From positions 16,120,001 through 16,184,000 of the forward strand of contig OZ286460.1 in assembly GCA_965644265.1 (NCBI GenBank): a stretch of 64,000 nt of DNA. The letters run 5' to 3'. Positions within the stretch are counted from its first letter, which is position 1, and the number at the start of each line of letters is the position of its first letter. The notes under the pieces are model-generated. The model made no database searches and was not told the DNA's origin. It saw only the letters and a list, made by a program, of their open reading frames with translations. Below, piece by piece: positions 49,735-61,600 of the stretch. The position numbers were made by a program, and so were the translations under genes. This stretch comes from Glycera tridactyla (taxonomy: Eukaryota).

Positions 49735-50766
49735 TATATACCATGTTTCTCCTTCTCCATAGTTATAATACTGTGAAATACAACTGGGAATACGAAAAAT
49801 GCTAGACGACTGAACTGAATTTTTTTTCACATGTTTTATTTATATGATACAACATATGTATGTACAATTGTTTGACATTTTTGATACAAGCAAAGCAATT
49901 TTGGGTCACAGCTGAAAGAACAGACCCTGAGTCTGACTTTATGATTAATACTGGACACCATATATGAACTAAGCTGTTTGTCGCCTATTTTATTACAAAA
50001 TAAAAGATATTGTCATTGTCATTGTCATGTAATCAGGATGGGCGTTGTGTGTTGCTGCTGTTTTTCTTAGAAAACCATAATGACTGAGAGGTCTCACTCC
50101 AATTCTAAGTGCATTTGATTGGAGATGGAGTCTTTTCTAAATATTTCCCATGGTGGATGGACAGTTTCCAGACTCACATACCTGTGACCAATAAAAATCA
50201 TCCCCCTAAACAGCTCGGTGGTCATGCCAAATGAGGACACTATCATAACTGTTGACAAACTTGGTTTTGGATTCCCTCCAAATTATGATAGTGTCACTCT
50301 GTTTGCCAACAATATTTGTGGAACAGACTATTGGAATGTATATCTGCATTTGAACAATCATTTTCAACAAAGCTATACTAGTTCATTCCAAGTATTTCAT
50401 ACCTGAAATAGAACAAGACAGAAGTTACTGAGAAGGACCTAGAACCAACCGAGTGATACCTGCAACAAGGAATCACCGCTAGTTTCACCAAAGAATCGTA
50501 CCTGAATAGAGGTATATCTGACTATGAAGAATGAAGGAGCTGCCCAGAAAATGAGGTCTCCCATTATAACTGGACTCTCGTCAGGGGACTCCTTACCACT
50601 CAATCAGTTTGCTGTTTCAGTGAAATCTACGATAAATGCTGACAGGAGACTGCTTTTGAGGTAGCTTTTGTATTTAACATACATGTAGCTGAATATACTT
50701 CCAACGAGACACCTCCTCTTTTGAGAGACCACTTTTGCTGACATTTAGGTATAGGTCTCACATCGC

Positions 50767-50979
50767 CAGGGCTCTACATTGACCTTTCGATTCAGCTGTC
50801 CTTCAGGCAGGTGTAGTGGGTTTTTGACCTGCCCTACCTGCCAGTTTCAGGTGCTCTCCTGCATATAACCATGGACTGAATAATGCTACCTGATGGGCAG
50901 GTGGACCAATAAAATTACCTGCCCTAATGACAAATCTGCCTGCCAGTGCCATTGGGGTCACCTGCAGTGCAGAGCCCAG
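50767..50979. mobile_element. hAT-like MITE inserted near the right end of a subfamily B MITE (about 50690-51003)
   Basis: CAGGGCTCTACA..TGCAGAGCCCAG; left flank GAGAGACCAC..GGTCTCACATCGC, right flank GCAGGTCTCACTGTA. Confidence 0.7.
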
Positions 50980-51111
50980 ATACATGTAGCAGGTCTCACT
51001 GTAGATTTCACAACCTAGAGAATACGGTGGATAAAATCACGGCAAAAATCAGTGTGAGCAATATTCTACTGTGAGCATGACTTGATATTATTGTGAGCCT
51101 GGTGAGCGGTG

Positions 51112-51276
51112 TTCATTGAGGCGTGACCATCAGGTTTATTACTCATGCTCATCATGGAGCAATCAGCATGAGCAGTATTCATTGAGGCGTGACCGTGAGC
51201 TTTATTGCTTATGCTCATCATGGAGTAATCATCGCAGGATGAAATGAATGGTGGCGGGATGAAATGAATGGTGGCG
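51112..51276 (+). repeat. Small tandem duplications: 66 bp x2 (51112, 51178) and 20 bp x2 (51237-51276)
   Basis: TTCATTGAGGCGTGACC..ATGCTCATCATGGAG repeated; GGATGAAATGAATGGTGGCG x2 perfect. Confidence 0.9.
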
Positions 51277-51374
51277 ATGGCGGCAGTGACTGGGTAACGA
51301 CTCTCTGACACGCCTGATTGATTGCATTAGTCATTAATATTATCTACCATGCATCTCAAGTCTCATGCATTATG

Positions 51375-51463
51375 CATGCACCCCCCCCCCCCCCCCACAC
51401 ACACACACACCCACCCATCACTCATCTCCTCCCTGTTAATGACCCAGATAGTTACCTGGCTGG

Positions 51464-51505
<42 letters not shown>
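51375..51505. repeat. Poly-C, (CA)n and (GT)n simple repeats
   Basis: Read directly; other poly-G/C runs at 7011-7034, about 12875, 34188-34203 and 52018-52036; (TCAA)n at about 5225-5275 and 19052-19087. Confidence 0.95.
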
Positions 51506-54017
51506 AGTGCATGTGTGCATGCGTGTGTGTAGTGGATGCCTCTCTCAGAGTTGATGGGTTCAACCTCGATGAGATGCCCAAAAGTTGGGCTTGAGAATTT
51601 GACACATTTGATGGACCTGATGTCCAAACATCATGTCACTGGTCTGAAATCAATCGAAAAAGTGTNNNNNNNNNNNNNNNNNNNNNNNNNNNNNNNNNNN
51701 NNNNNNNNNNNNNNNNNNNNNNNNNNNNNNNNNNNNNNNNNNNNNNNNNNNNNNNNNNNNNNNNNNNNNNNNNNNNNNNNNNNNNNNNNNNNNNNNGCTC
51801 TGGCTTAACTGCATCCATAGTGAATCCATTTTTGTGGATCCTCCTAGGGACAAGAGTGCTGGCAGTTTGTTGCTGGCAGGGTGCCAAACTGGAAGGGTGA
51901 TGGCTCAAATCCCATACAAGCCAGAAATAATTTGGGCGTTTGGAACACATTTCTTGGACCTGTTACCAGTACAATCTGGAAATATGTCTGACATGATCAC
52001 CAAAAGAATGTGTGTGTGGGGGGGGGGGGGGGGGGGCTGTAATATTTTGGCCCTCTGAGGAAGATAGGCATTCAAAATTTGGCTTCATAGTTGAGCTCAT
52101 ATTCAAGATGGCTCGTGTTCTTTTGGAGCCGGTCCTGCTTGGCAGATTTCCAGGATCGTGCAGTGCATTTCACCATGATTAGAGGATATCAATAAATTGG
52201 GAACGACGCCAATCAGCATAGTCCAGCCATGATTCTTCGATACCTCATGCAATTTCTGTTATCATGCTACCCTGAAAGGTAACTTTCCTGCCATACAGGA
52301 TGCCTTGAACTTTAATGAAATGATGCCTATGACCTAGATTAAATTCGCTCATGAGTGAATTCTGCCTTGATTCCTTTCATCACTTAAGTGCTAATGAACA
52401 TTGCTGTATTACATACTCACATGCTCCACTGCCTCGACGCCACGGCTACCAGTTGCCAAGAAATAATGGAATCTAAAAGTGTCCAACATTGCTTTCTTCC
52501 AGGTGATTTTATTCAAGTGAATGTCTCACCTTGTTTGTATACTAACTCAAAAGAAAGTTATTGATGATGAGCCACTCAGTATAACAACTAAGATCAAATC
52601 TAATCATTGATTCAATGACCAATCTGGTCTTATGGTCCACCCGTGTTGAATGTGCCTGATCACTGTGTGTGGATTATTCATCTCTTCCTACTTGTAACAG
52701 AATAAATTCAAAATTATTGGATATGGTACTGCAAAATTGTGAAAATATTGCTAACATGAAAATACCTGCTTACTACCATGCGTATATAATGACTAATAGA
52801 ATATGAATTTCTGAATATGGAATACTGATCAATAGTATTACAAGTCTAGGGAATTATCTATTGTATCTCATTTTGTATGTTATTTATTATCCATCGAATA
52901 AATTGAAAAGTAAAATTAGATCACGGAATGCGAACAAAGGCTAAATAATCAGGTTGTAGTGACATCATCATCATCAGAAGGAGAGCTTACTGATTGGCCG
53001 ATTGCATGCTAGATGGTTATGAATTGCAGCCAATAGCTGCCCACACCTGGGACAGACTCTATAATGTTGCTAATTTGGCTCTCTGTCTTCCAATGTTATT
53101 GTTTCATGGAAGATACAGGCCCAACGAAAACATTCTTATCTGATCGCATGATAATCATCAAATTCTAGTAGATTGTAGGATATCCGATCTAAATTATAGC
53201 TGAGGCATAAAACATGTCAGTACAGTTTTAATCTGATCATGTTTGACATCTATGGCAGGAAGTGCTAGGATAACATGACTTAATGTACTGTGCTAAGAGG
53301 CACATCCAATTGAAAAAGGGCACATACAGCCATATATGATGTGCTCAAAAGGCACTGGCAATTCAGCATTCTTCGATGAGATGACATGGCTCAGAGTACA
53401 GAGAAATATGAAATGGCACATTCTCAAACAAATGTTCGAAACTGCCAGTTGAATAATTGTTCATAACTGCATTTCGACCCTAGTGTTCAAAACCAAGCAT
53501 TTATAACTAAATGGTCATAATTGCCTATCAAGCTAGTGTTCATGTTTGCCTGCTGACTAAATTTTCATGAATGCTTGTTAACCAAGTGTTCATGAATGTT
53601 TGCCAATTGAGTGTTCACAACTACCTGTTCACTGAGGGGCAATGCAGGAGTTAGGTGACAGAACAATGGTGATCTGTTGCTTTTTCTTACAAAACGATAT
53701 ACGATCAAGTGGCCTAATATAATTGCACCTTATCACACAGATGAGCATTGTCAAGTACATAACAATTGAAATGTCTTTATCAGAGGTAACCTCATACTTC
53801 TTTGTTTGAGATGGAAAAAATCTCTATGATGCCTACGGGGCTTAAACAGTTTTTAGGAAAATTATATGTCTCATTGGCAGGTGAAGATCCTGATAAGTCG
53901 GATATTGGTGACAGTAGTGGTGGTTGTCATCATCAGAAATATATTCAGCAATCCTACAGACTGGTGTACAAGAGCATTGTATATATGCATATGCTCTAAT
54001 GCATTTATTATTATATC

Positions 54018-55920
54018 AGGGCTCTGAAGGGGCAATGAAGCGTGACCTCAGGAAACTAGAGCGAAAGGCCAAAATGACTGGACTCACTATTGACATCGAA
54101 TTACACAAAACAAAGTCCTTTGCATATAACAGGTGCCTGATCGAGACCAAGACCACATACTACAACAACTTGGTCCAGGAGAGTGCAGGAGACCAGAGCG
54201 CACTGTTCAATCTGGCAAATAAGCTTCTACCTCGTACAGCCACCATGCCTCTCCCATCCCAAAAGTCTCCTGAAAATTTGGCTGATGACTTTGCAACAGC
54301 CTTCACTAATAAAATCGACAAAATTCACAATACTCTTACCCTAGCAAGAGATTCTGACCTGCCCCAGCAGCAACACTCTGAACCAACATCTGATGTTTTC
54401 TGCTTTCACGCCCGTCACCTGCCCTGATATTTCGAAGCTGATCTCCACTTCACCCTTGAAGTCATGCTCACTTGACCCAATCCCTGCTAGCCTTTTTAGG
54501 CAGTCCTATTCCTACCTCTGCAACACACTTACTCACCTGATCAATGCCTCACTTGATCAAGGCATCATCCCTGACCAACTTACTGAAGCCATGCTCAGCC
54601 CCATACTGAAAAAAAGCCCATCTGGACCCCAATGATCTCAACAACTACCGCCCCATTTCTAATCTCCCTTACATCTCTAAGCTCTTAGAGAGGGTAGTTA
54701 CCTCCCAGCTAAACTCACATCTGTCCAAAAATTTCCTTCTGTGAATCACACCAATCAGCTTATCGTATGCATCACTCCACTGAGACTGCCATCATCTATG
54801 TCCTAAATGACATCCTCATGGCCTTGGATGCCAGAAAGGCAGTCTGCCTTGTTCTGCTGGATCTGTCTGCTGCCTTTGACACTGTCGATCATACCATCTT
54901 ACTGGACAGACTGGTGAACAGGATTGGTCTCAGTGGCAGAGTTCATGGGTGGTTTCGTTCTTACCTCCTCTCAAGGTCTCAATATGTATCCCCTCCTGGT
55001 TCTCAGTCCCCTAGTCAGAAACTGACCTGTGGTGTCCCTCAAGGATCTGTCCTTGGCCCCATCCTTTTCACTATTTACACTCGGAGACATAGTACGGAGA
55101 CATAGTACGGAAACACAATCTAAACTTTCATCTCTATGCTGATGATACACAGCTTTATTTAACCTTTGAGTGCCAGGATCAGCTGTCAAAATCTGCAACA
55201 ATCAATGCCCTTGAAGAATGCATTGCGGAAATCAGGTCATGGATGTTAACAAATAAACTTAAACTCAACGATGCAAAGACTGAGTTCCTCCTCTTTACCA
55301 ACTGCAATATCCTCAATCCCACATCGAGCCCCCAGATCAAAAATTGGGAGGATACCATTTGCGCTGACAGTTCTGCAAAGAATCTTGGTGTCATCTTTGA
55401 TGGTGGCCTCACCCTCAACCCCCATGTAACTGCTATTTGCAAGTCTACCTTTTTCCACCTGCACAAAATCAGCCGCATCCGCAAGTACTTGACACCAGAG
55501 GCCACAAAGACCCCGATTCACTCTTTGATCTCATCCAAACTTGGCTATTGCAATAGTGCACTCTTTGGCCTCCCTAAATCCCAAATCAATAAACTCTAAC
55601 ATGTTATGAACTGTGCGGCTCGTTTAACAGTGTTCTGCAACCACCATCAACATATCACCCCTATACTGAAGAAACTCCACTGGCTCCCCATCGAGCACAG
55701 AATAACTTTCAAGATCCTATCCCTAACCTACAAGGCCCTCAAGGGCTTGGCCCCCTGCTACCTGTCGCAACTGCTCAATCACTACACCCTGGCTTTCCCA
55801 CCATGACTTTTCGACCTGATGTCTTTTTACATGTTTTCAGGTACATGCCTCTGTGAAGCGCCCTTGAGCTCCTCGAGGAAAAGGCGCTATATAAATGCAC
55901 ATTATTATTATTATTATTAT
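54018..55920 (+). mobile_element. Decayed, 5'-truncated L2-clade LINE (RT pseudogene) with (ATT)n tail
   Basis: Frame fragments with L2 signatures: NYRPISNL, HQSAYR.HHSTETA, VLLDLSAAFDTVDH, GVPQGSVLGPILF, YADD (55135-55146), KLNDAKTE, LHWLPIEHRITFK. Stops and frameshifts include a 13 bp duplication CGGAGACATAGTA (55082-55107). 3' end GCGCTATATAAAT..(ATT)n is the typical L2 terminus. Confidence 0.92.
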
Positions 55921-56863
55921 GATGCTACCTGCGGGTGGCCAATGGCTACCAGATTTCCCCTCTGTCAAACTATATTTCAAAAGTTAGGAGCAGCCTACCC
56001 TAAACTTTCGAGAGGTTGTAATTTATAACCACTGATGCCCTGTTGAAACCTGATGAAGATTATAAAGATTGTTGATAAAAATTGAATTTTAAATGGTTGA
56101 TTTTAAGCAGAAGTAACTGATATGAGGCAAGTGATAGAGGTCAAGAAAACAGTCATGACTTGCTGTATTACACACGAATATCAATCTGGAATAAAATTAT
56201 GAATGAAGGAGCACTCTCCCAAGAATGTTTCTCTAGTATTCCTTTGGAAATATGCTTGTGATCGACAAGCATCTGTCGGGAGGGGCTAAATATGAGTTAG
56301 AAGGCATTTTCAGCCAACCTGCCACACTGATGAAAGTGGAATCTTCAAAACTGCACCTACAATGTTGTAATCATCAAGGTTGATCATGATGGACATGATA
56401 TTCATTCAAAGAGATGGGTGGTTGCATAAATATTTGATTTATAATGAGTGAAGGTGACCTGGCAGATGGTGTTTGCACAGGCTGCTATCTGAAGTGACCC
56501 CTTGAGGACAATACCAGTACCACTTGTTGATATAAGGAATAGTTGGAGTTGAGTAAGTGCTTGAATGTTGTCTGAAGTTTGGGTAGGAATGTATTCTGAG
56601 ACTGACATGATTGATGACATGTTACATACCTGAAACATGGCACTTGATCCATGTAAAATATGTCTACTATATCATAAAATAAAGAATATCTTCTCTGATT
56701 GTATTATATCATCACTAACAGAACAAAGAGGATCTTTCAATAAATGGATTGCTACAATCGCGGGACATGAAATGTATGCCAGAAGTTTTCGATTTGAGCA
56801 AGCATTTTCACTAAATCCTTCTATATCAACCCATTTTGAATATATGTGTGACCTGCAACAACC

Positions 56864-57009
56864 TTTATTATTATTATTGTTATGATAATAATGATAATCA
56901 TGAACATTTATATAGCACCTTTTCCTCATTGAGATCAAGGGTGCTTTACATGGATATGTACCTGAAAGAAAGGAAGTAGAAAAACATGAAGTCAAGATGG
57001 TGGGAAAGC
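56864..57009 (-). mobile_element. Short L2-tail module (SINE-like or heavily truncated L2) in inverted orientation
   Basis: Reverse complement reads GCTTTCCCACCAT..TTCAGGTACAT..GTAAAGCACCCTTGA..GAGGAAAAGGTGCTATATAAAT..(ATT/AAT)n, homologous to 55793-55920. Confidence 0.8.
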
Positions 57010-58357
57010 AATGTTGAACAAATATGTTTTTATTAAATATCATTATCAACACCATTATTATTCCAGCCACCCTGGTTGTTTAGGTTGCTCTACATAGAAC
57101 CAACAAGTACCACCTGATGAAGATCGCTCCTGATCATGAGGGCCCTCACAGGTTATTGTTGTTATTGTCATTGTTGTTATTATTATCAATAAGGTATGGT
57201 AGTCTTCATTTTATCCATCATTCCATCTAAGTTCGTTTAATTTAGAATGGCTGTTTGTTTGGCTGGTTTTGCATCATTGTTAATCACAGGTTATTGTATC
57301 ATTGCAACACTCGAGTAGCTTGAAAGAAAACTGGGTGATGTGTATGTAAGATGATTTTGAGAGTGTTAAATGTATATTGCAATCGAAGGGTCAGTACTTG
57401 GCATCTGGGTGAGTCCAGTCCACGAGGGAGATTGTTAAGCGGTTCATTGCATGTCTGGGGTTCACATGGCAACCCTAATTCATGCAGAACACAACTCAAT
57501 GCCCAGCTCATTCCCCCGTTATACCATGACCTTCACATTGCAATATATACAGCTGTTACAAACTACTGAAACTTATCTGAAACTTGAATGAATTTGGTAT
57601 TCTTTCATTATGCAACATCATCAATTTCAGAATCTGAAGCAATAATGAATACGGGAAAGAGGGGAGGGTATTGGTGAGAAGACACTTATTAAAACTTTGC
57701 ATCTTAACGGTTTTAAAGGGACCTTTTCACTAATAAGTCCACTATGTATGCTGAAAATTGGAATAGGCACTCTCAGCCACCATCCATTTTAGAGGAAATC
57801 ATTTTTGCAAAATGAATCAAAATGAGTCTTCTTTACTTTGGTGAATTGTGCCCCTGGTCACACATGAGTGCTCATGCTTGTTGCTGCCATGGAGACTGCT
57901 GCTGTCGATAATGATGGAGCTGTCATAAAAGAGCTACTGATGCTAGCCTGAGATGCTGCTCCCCCTCATCCCACCCATCTTCCTCCTGGCATTCATGATG
58001 AGCATGTACACCTTTCATGTTGTCAGACATTCAGTATCATCATCCCCACTAACCTCATCAGCTCTCATGTAGACACATGTTTCTGGACTACTATCTCCAC
58101 TACATACACTTTGGATAGGCGGATGGATTTACCTTTATTTTCATGATGAAATGACACCAGTCATGAGGTGAGTGTGTGCATTGGGAGGAAGCCTGAAGAA
58201 TGATCCTGTAGGATGAGGATAAGATTCTTTATCAAACACATTGCCCATAGTAGCTGAAAATCAGGTCTATTGTCTAAGAAAGCTATGATGAACACATAGA
58301 AACAACTGAAAAAAGCACTGAGAAAAAAATGAATGAATGAATAATCAACAGTTTGCC

Positions 58358-58358
58358 G

Positions 58359-58446
<88 letters not shown>

Positions 58447-58672
58447 CTTACCCGCCCGTCCACCTACCTACCCCTTCACTCACCTACATACCTTTCCACC
58501 TACTGACCGACTTACCACCCACTGACCGACCGACCGACCGACCGACCGACCGACCGACCGACCGACCGACCGACCGACCGACCGACCGACCGACCGACCG
58601 ACCGACCGACCGACCCAGAATCCCAAACACCAACCAACCTGCCTAATTGCCTGCCTGCCTGCCTGCCTGCCT
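58358..58672. repeat. Compound microsatellite (GCCT)n - degenerate - (GACC)n - (GCCT)n
   Basis: About 22 GCCT units (58358-58447), about 23 GACC units (58524-58615), short GCCT tract to about 58672. Confidence 0.97.
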
Positions 58673-61600
58673 ACACATTTCCCCACCTGCCTGCACATGC
58701 AGGATGCATCAATGGGGGATAAAACCTCCCACCAAGGCTGAGTTGGAATGAGAAGGCAGTGATTGTGTATATTCCGTAGATGGAGATATTGATACCCTTC
58801 ATGTGATGGAGGTGGGCCTCACCTGGAGCGCGGCAGGTGAGAATAAAGCCATCAATTAATCAGCCCCAAACTACGGCATACCATCTGTTCAACTAGTCAC
58901 CGAGTCCTTTCTCACACCATCATTATTTTACGGGGCAAGAACCTACGCTTACGATTTGATTCCCGCCAGTTTTATAACTGCCAACTTGGTTTCGATCTCG
59001 TTGATTGTCACCCAGTGATAACAACGCATTGATGTATATGTGTTAATTCTGTTGCAATTGTCCGCTCTCGTGGATGCAGTAATTGTGTCATTACCCAAAG
59101 CGGGATAGGAGGAAATACCGCCGTGACGATACCGTTGGGTTGACATGTCAAACTGGGTCATCGTCAGTCAAGTGTGTCCTTGGCTGTGTGGTCGGGTGTG
59201 TAGGTTTGCCCAGTAAACCCATTGTAGTAAAGCTTGGAGGAAGTTTGGACTGGGAGTAATTCGGGAATGTTATAATGATGTATGTGAGCAACAGGTAGGT
59301 GTGATTGTTTGGATGACTTCATAAACATGTACTGGCATGTTAATGGTGGGAACTGATTCGTAACTCTGTATTTATACAGCAGCGGGTTTGCTGGGAGTGA
59401 GACTTGACTTAGTTGGCTCCAGTCAACGGCCCAATCTGACAGCTGTCAGCGTGTTATACCGGACCACTTCTACAGAATGGCCAACGTATTATGATTACAA
59501 GCCTGCAACAAGCAACATACCTGTGGCAACAGTCACTGTATTGCATATGTGAGGTGGTTCAAACACTTGAAAGATGTCCTGCAAGCTTTACATTCAGTGA
59601 TACTGAACACAGATGATGGCTGGGGAGAAAGTTCATCGAGGGTCAGTAGCAGTGTCACGCCTGTAGTTAGTTCATTCCAAGAAGCCTGAGATATTCTCGA
59701 AGTGGACATGTGGTACATGCATATGAGCAGTTGGTTTGGTCTGTGATAGGGTTTTCCATACACTGAAAACAAGGGCAAATTTCTTATAAGCGACCATCCT
59801 CATAGAATTTCTTGTGGGAGTCCACGTTAGTATTGCCAAGTGGACATTTGCATAGAATATACTGTTTATTCTGAGGAACTGTCTGCCTGTCTGTCTGTCT
59901 GCCCACTGAAATCTCTCACCAATAAGGTTATTCAGAAACATTCTGTTGGGATGTCTAAGGTTTTCATTCAATCAAATCAGAGATCAAAATCACAGTCCTT
60001 TGCAAAATAGATTGTGGTTAAAAGTAAATCGCAAATTACTGTCGGCCTTTCAGAGAATAAACAAAAATATGACTGTGTATCTTCCATGAGCTATGAAGAC
60101 AAGGATTATGAATAATAGAAGTAGATGAAAACAGATGAAATTATCAAGATAAAACATAGTACAAATGTGATGTACAGTAAATACATGCGATTTCAATCCG
60201 ATAATTTAGATGATTTCTATCTCATGAAGTTTTTTCTTTTACTAATATTAGCAGGTGCATCTTTTCAAGAAAGAACAGTTTTGGATTGTACATTAATTTT
60301 GACAGATATGACATAAATCTGTGGTTACAATGGAAACAGTATGCCCACACATACTTGTCAATCTCTGTCACCAACTTCAAAATGGGGATATCAGATTAGG
60401 TGTGTTTTTTTTTTCAAAGGAGCTGTCAAGTTTTATTGTATCTCCAAAAATACATGATACAAATCAGATTCACAGAGATTTTGAGATGACTGTCATCAAC
60501 AGCCATTCATCAGTCAAATTTGCTCACTTTTTGAGGTAAAACCTCACATCTCTTCAATTCTGTGGTATTTGATACATATGGATGTTTTTAAGAAAAAATG
60601 GGTAAAAAATTGTGGAATGTCTTTGAGCTTTAGATTAATCAAAATAATTCATAAAGGTTTCTGAATTCCTTATTGCTTTCAGGAATGTAGACAGACGCTC
60701 AGCGATGCTCCCAATTAGGATTACTTCACAAATCACATGTGGACATTTCTTGGGTTTATATACAACAGTGTACCAATGTTGCCAAAGAAAAATATATGTA
60801 TCGATGATATAGTGCTGTGCAGTGAAAACTGAGATGAGAAACTGCTCTCAACTTCACCAGCATTTCAAAAGGACTTTTTTCATCCTGGCTATGATTTGTT
60901 GCATGCTGCATCATGTGTGAAAATATCCTGCAACTCAGGCAGGTGCTGGTCTCAGATATATATGTAAGAAAACTTTCCTTAGAAGCCCCATGAACATATT
61001 CAAAATGGGCTATTCATGGGCTGCTGGATTAGTGTTTTTACTGGCAGTCAGTAGATGGTGTTTCAGTATGCTAAATGGCTCAGTTCAGGCAGACTTCAGG
61101 CAAGCTATGTCTGGACTTGGAACCGGCAGCCATGAATGTGCCATGTGAGGCACTGAATGGCAAATGATTCGTCTTCATTATTATTTCTTTCCTCGGAGGT
61201 TGGTACCACATATTCATTTTCATTGAAAGCAATTATCAGAGACCATTCATTTTTAGTAACCACTTCTCAAATTATGAGAGCCTGCCTTTTCAATATGGAG
61301 TTGTTATTCCACCTGTTTCATCATGGTGCTTTGAATTTTGGACAAATGTGAACTGATGGAAGTTGGGAGGAGGAGGGTTATTCCACATGATGAGTTGCCT
61401 AGAAACAGATGTATTGGCCACCTATATCAACTCAAATACACCCCCACATATGATTAACCCTTCATCCCCTGTCGAATGCCTCTCATTCTATGACATCCTT
61501 GATAATTCATCATCCAAAACTGCAGAATTTGGCATAATACTAGCACTAATTGAATATCATTGCTGTTGGAGTTTCATTCAGCACAACATGCGAGATGATG

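Larger units (their letters stand above)
43856..50028 (+). mobile_element. LINE copy 2: ORF1 - 1.43 kb spacer - ORF2 - 3' UTR - (ATTGTC)n tail
   Basis: Two intact co-oriented ORFs. The 3' end has AATAAA (49999-50004) followed by ATTGTC x3 (50009-50026). 5' end undefined. That both ORFs belong to one element is inferred from adjacency. Confidence 0.8.

Noticed and set aside
52421-52472. 52 nt minus-strand exon candidate (GTGAGT donor)
   Set aside because: Weak acceptor, isolated, two open frames with no recognisable protein; cannot be linked to other exons.
57110-57150. CTGATGA hammerhead ribozyme core (also near 10648, 56051 and 62452)
   Set aside because: No properly placed stem II-GAAA-stem III-UH arrangement could be built.
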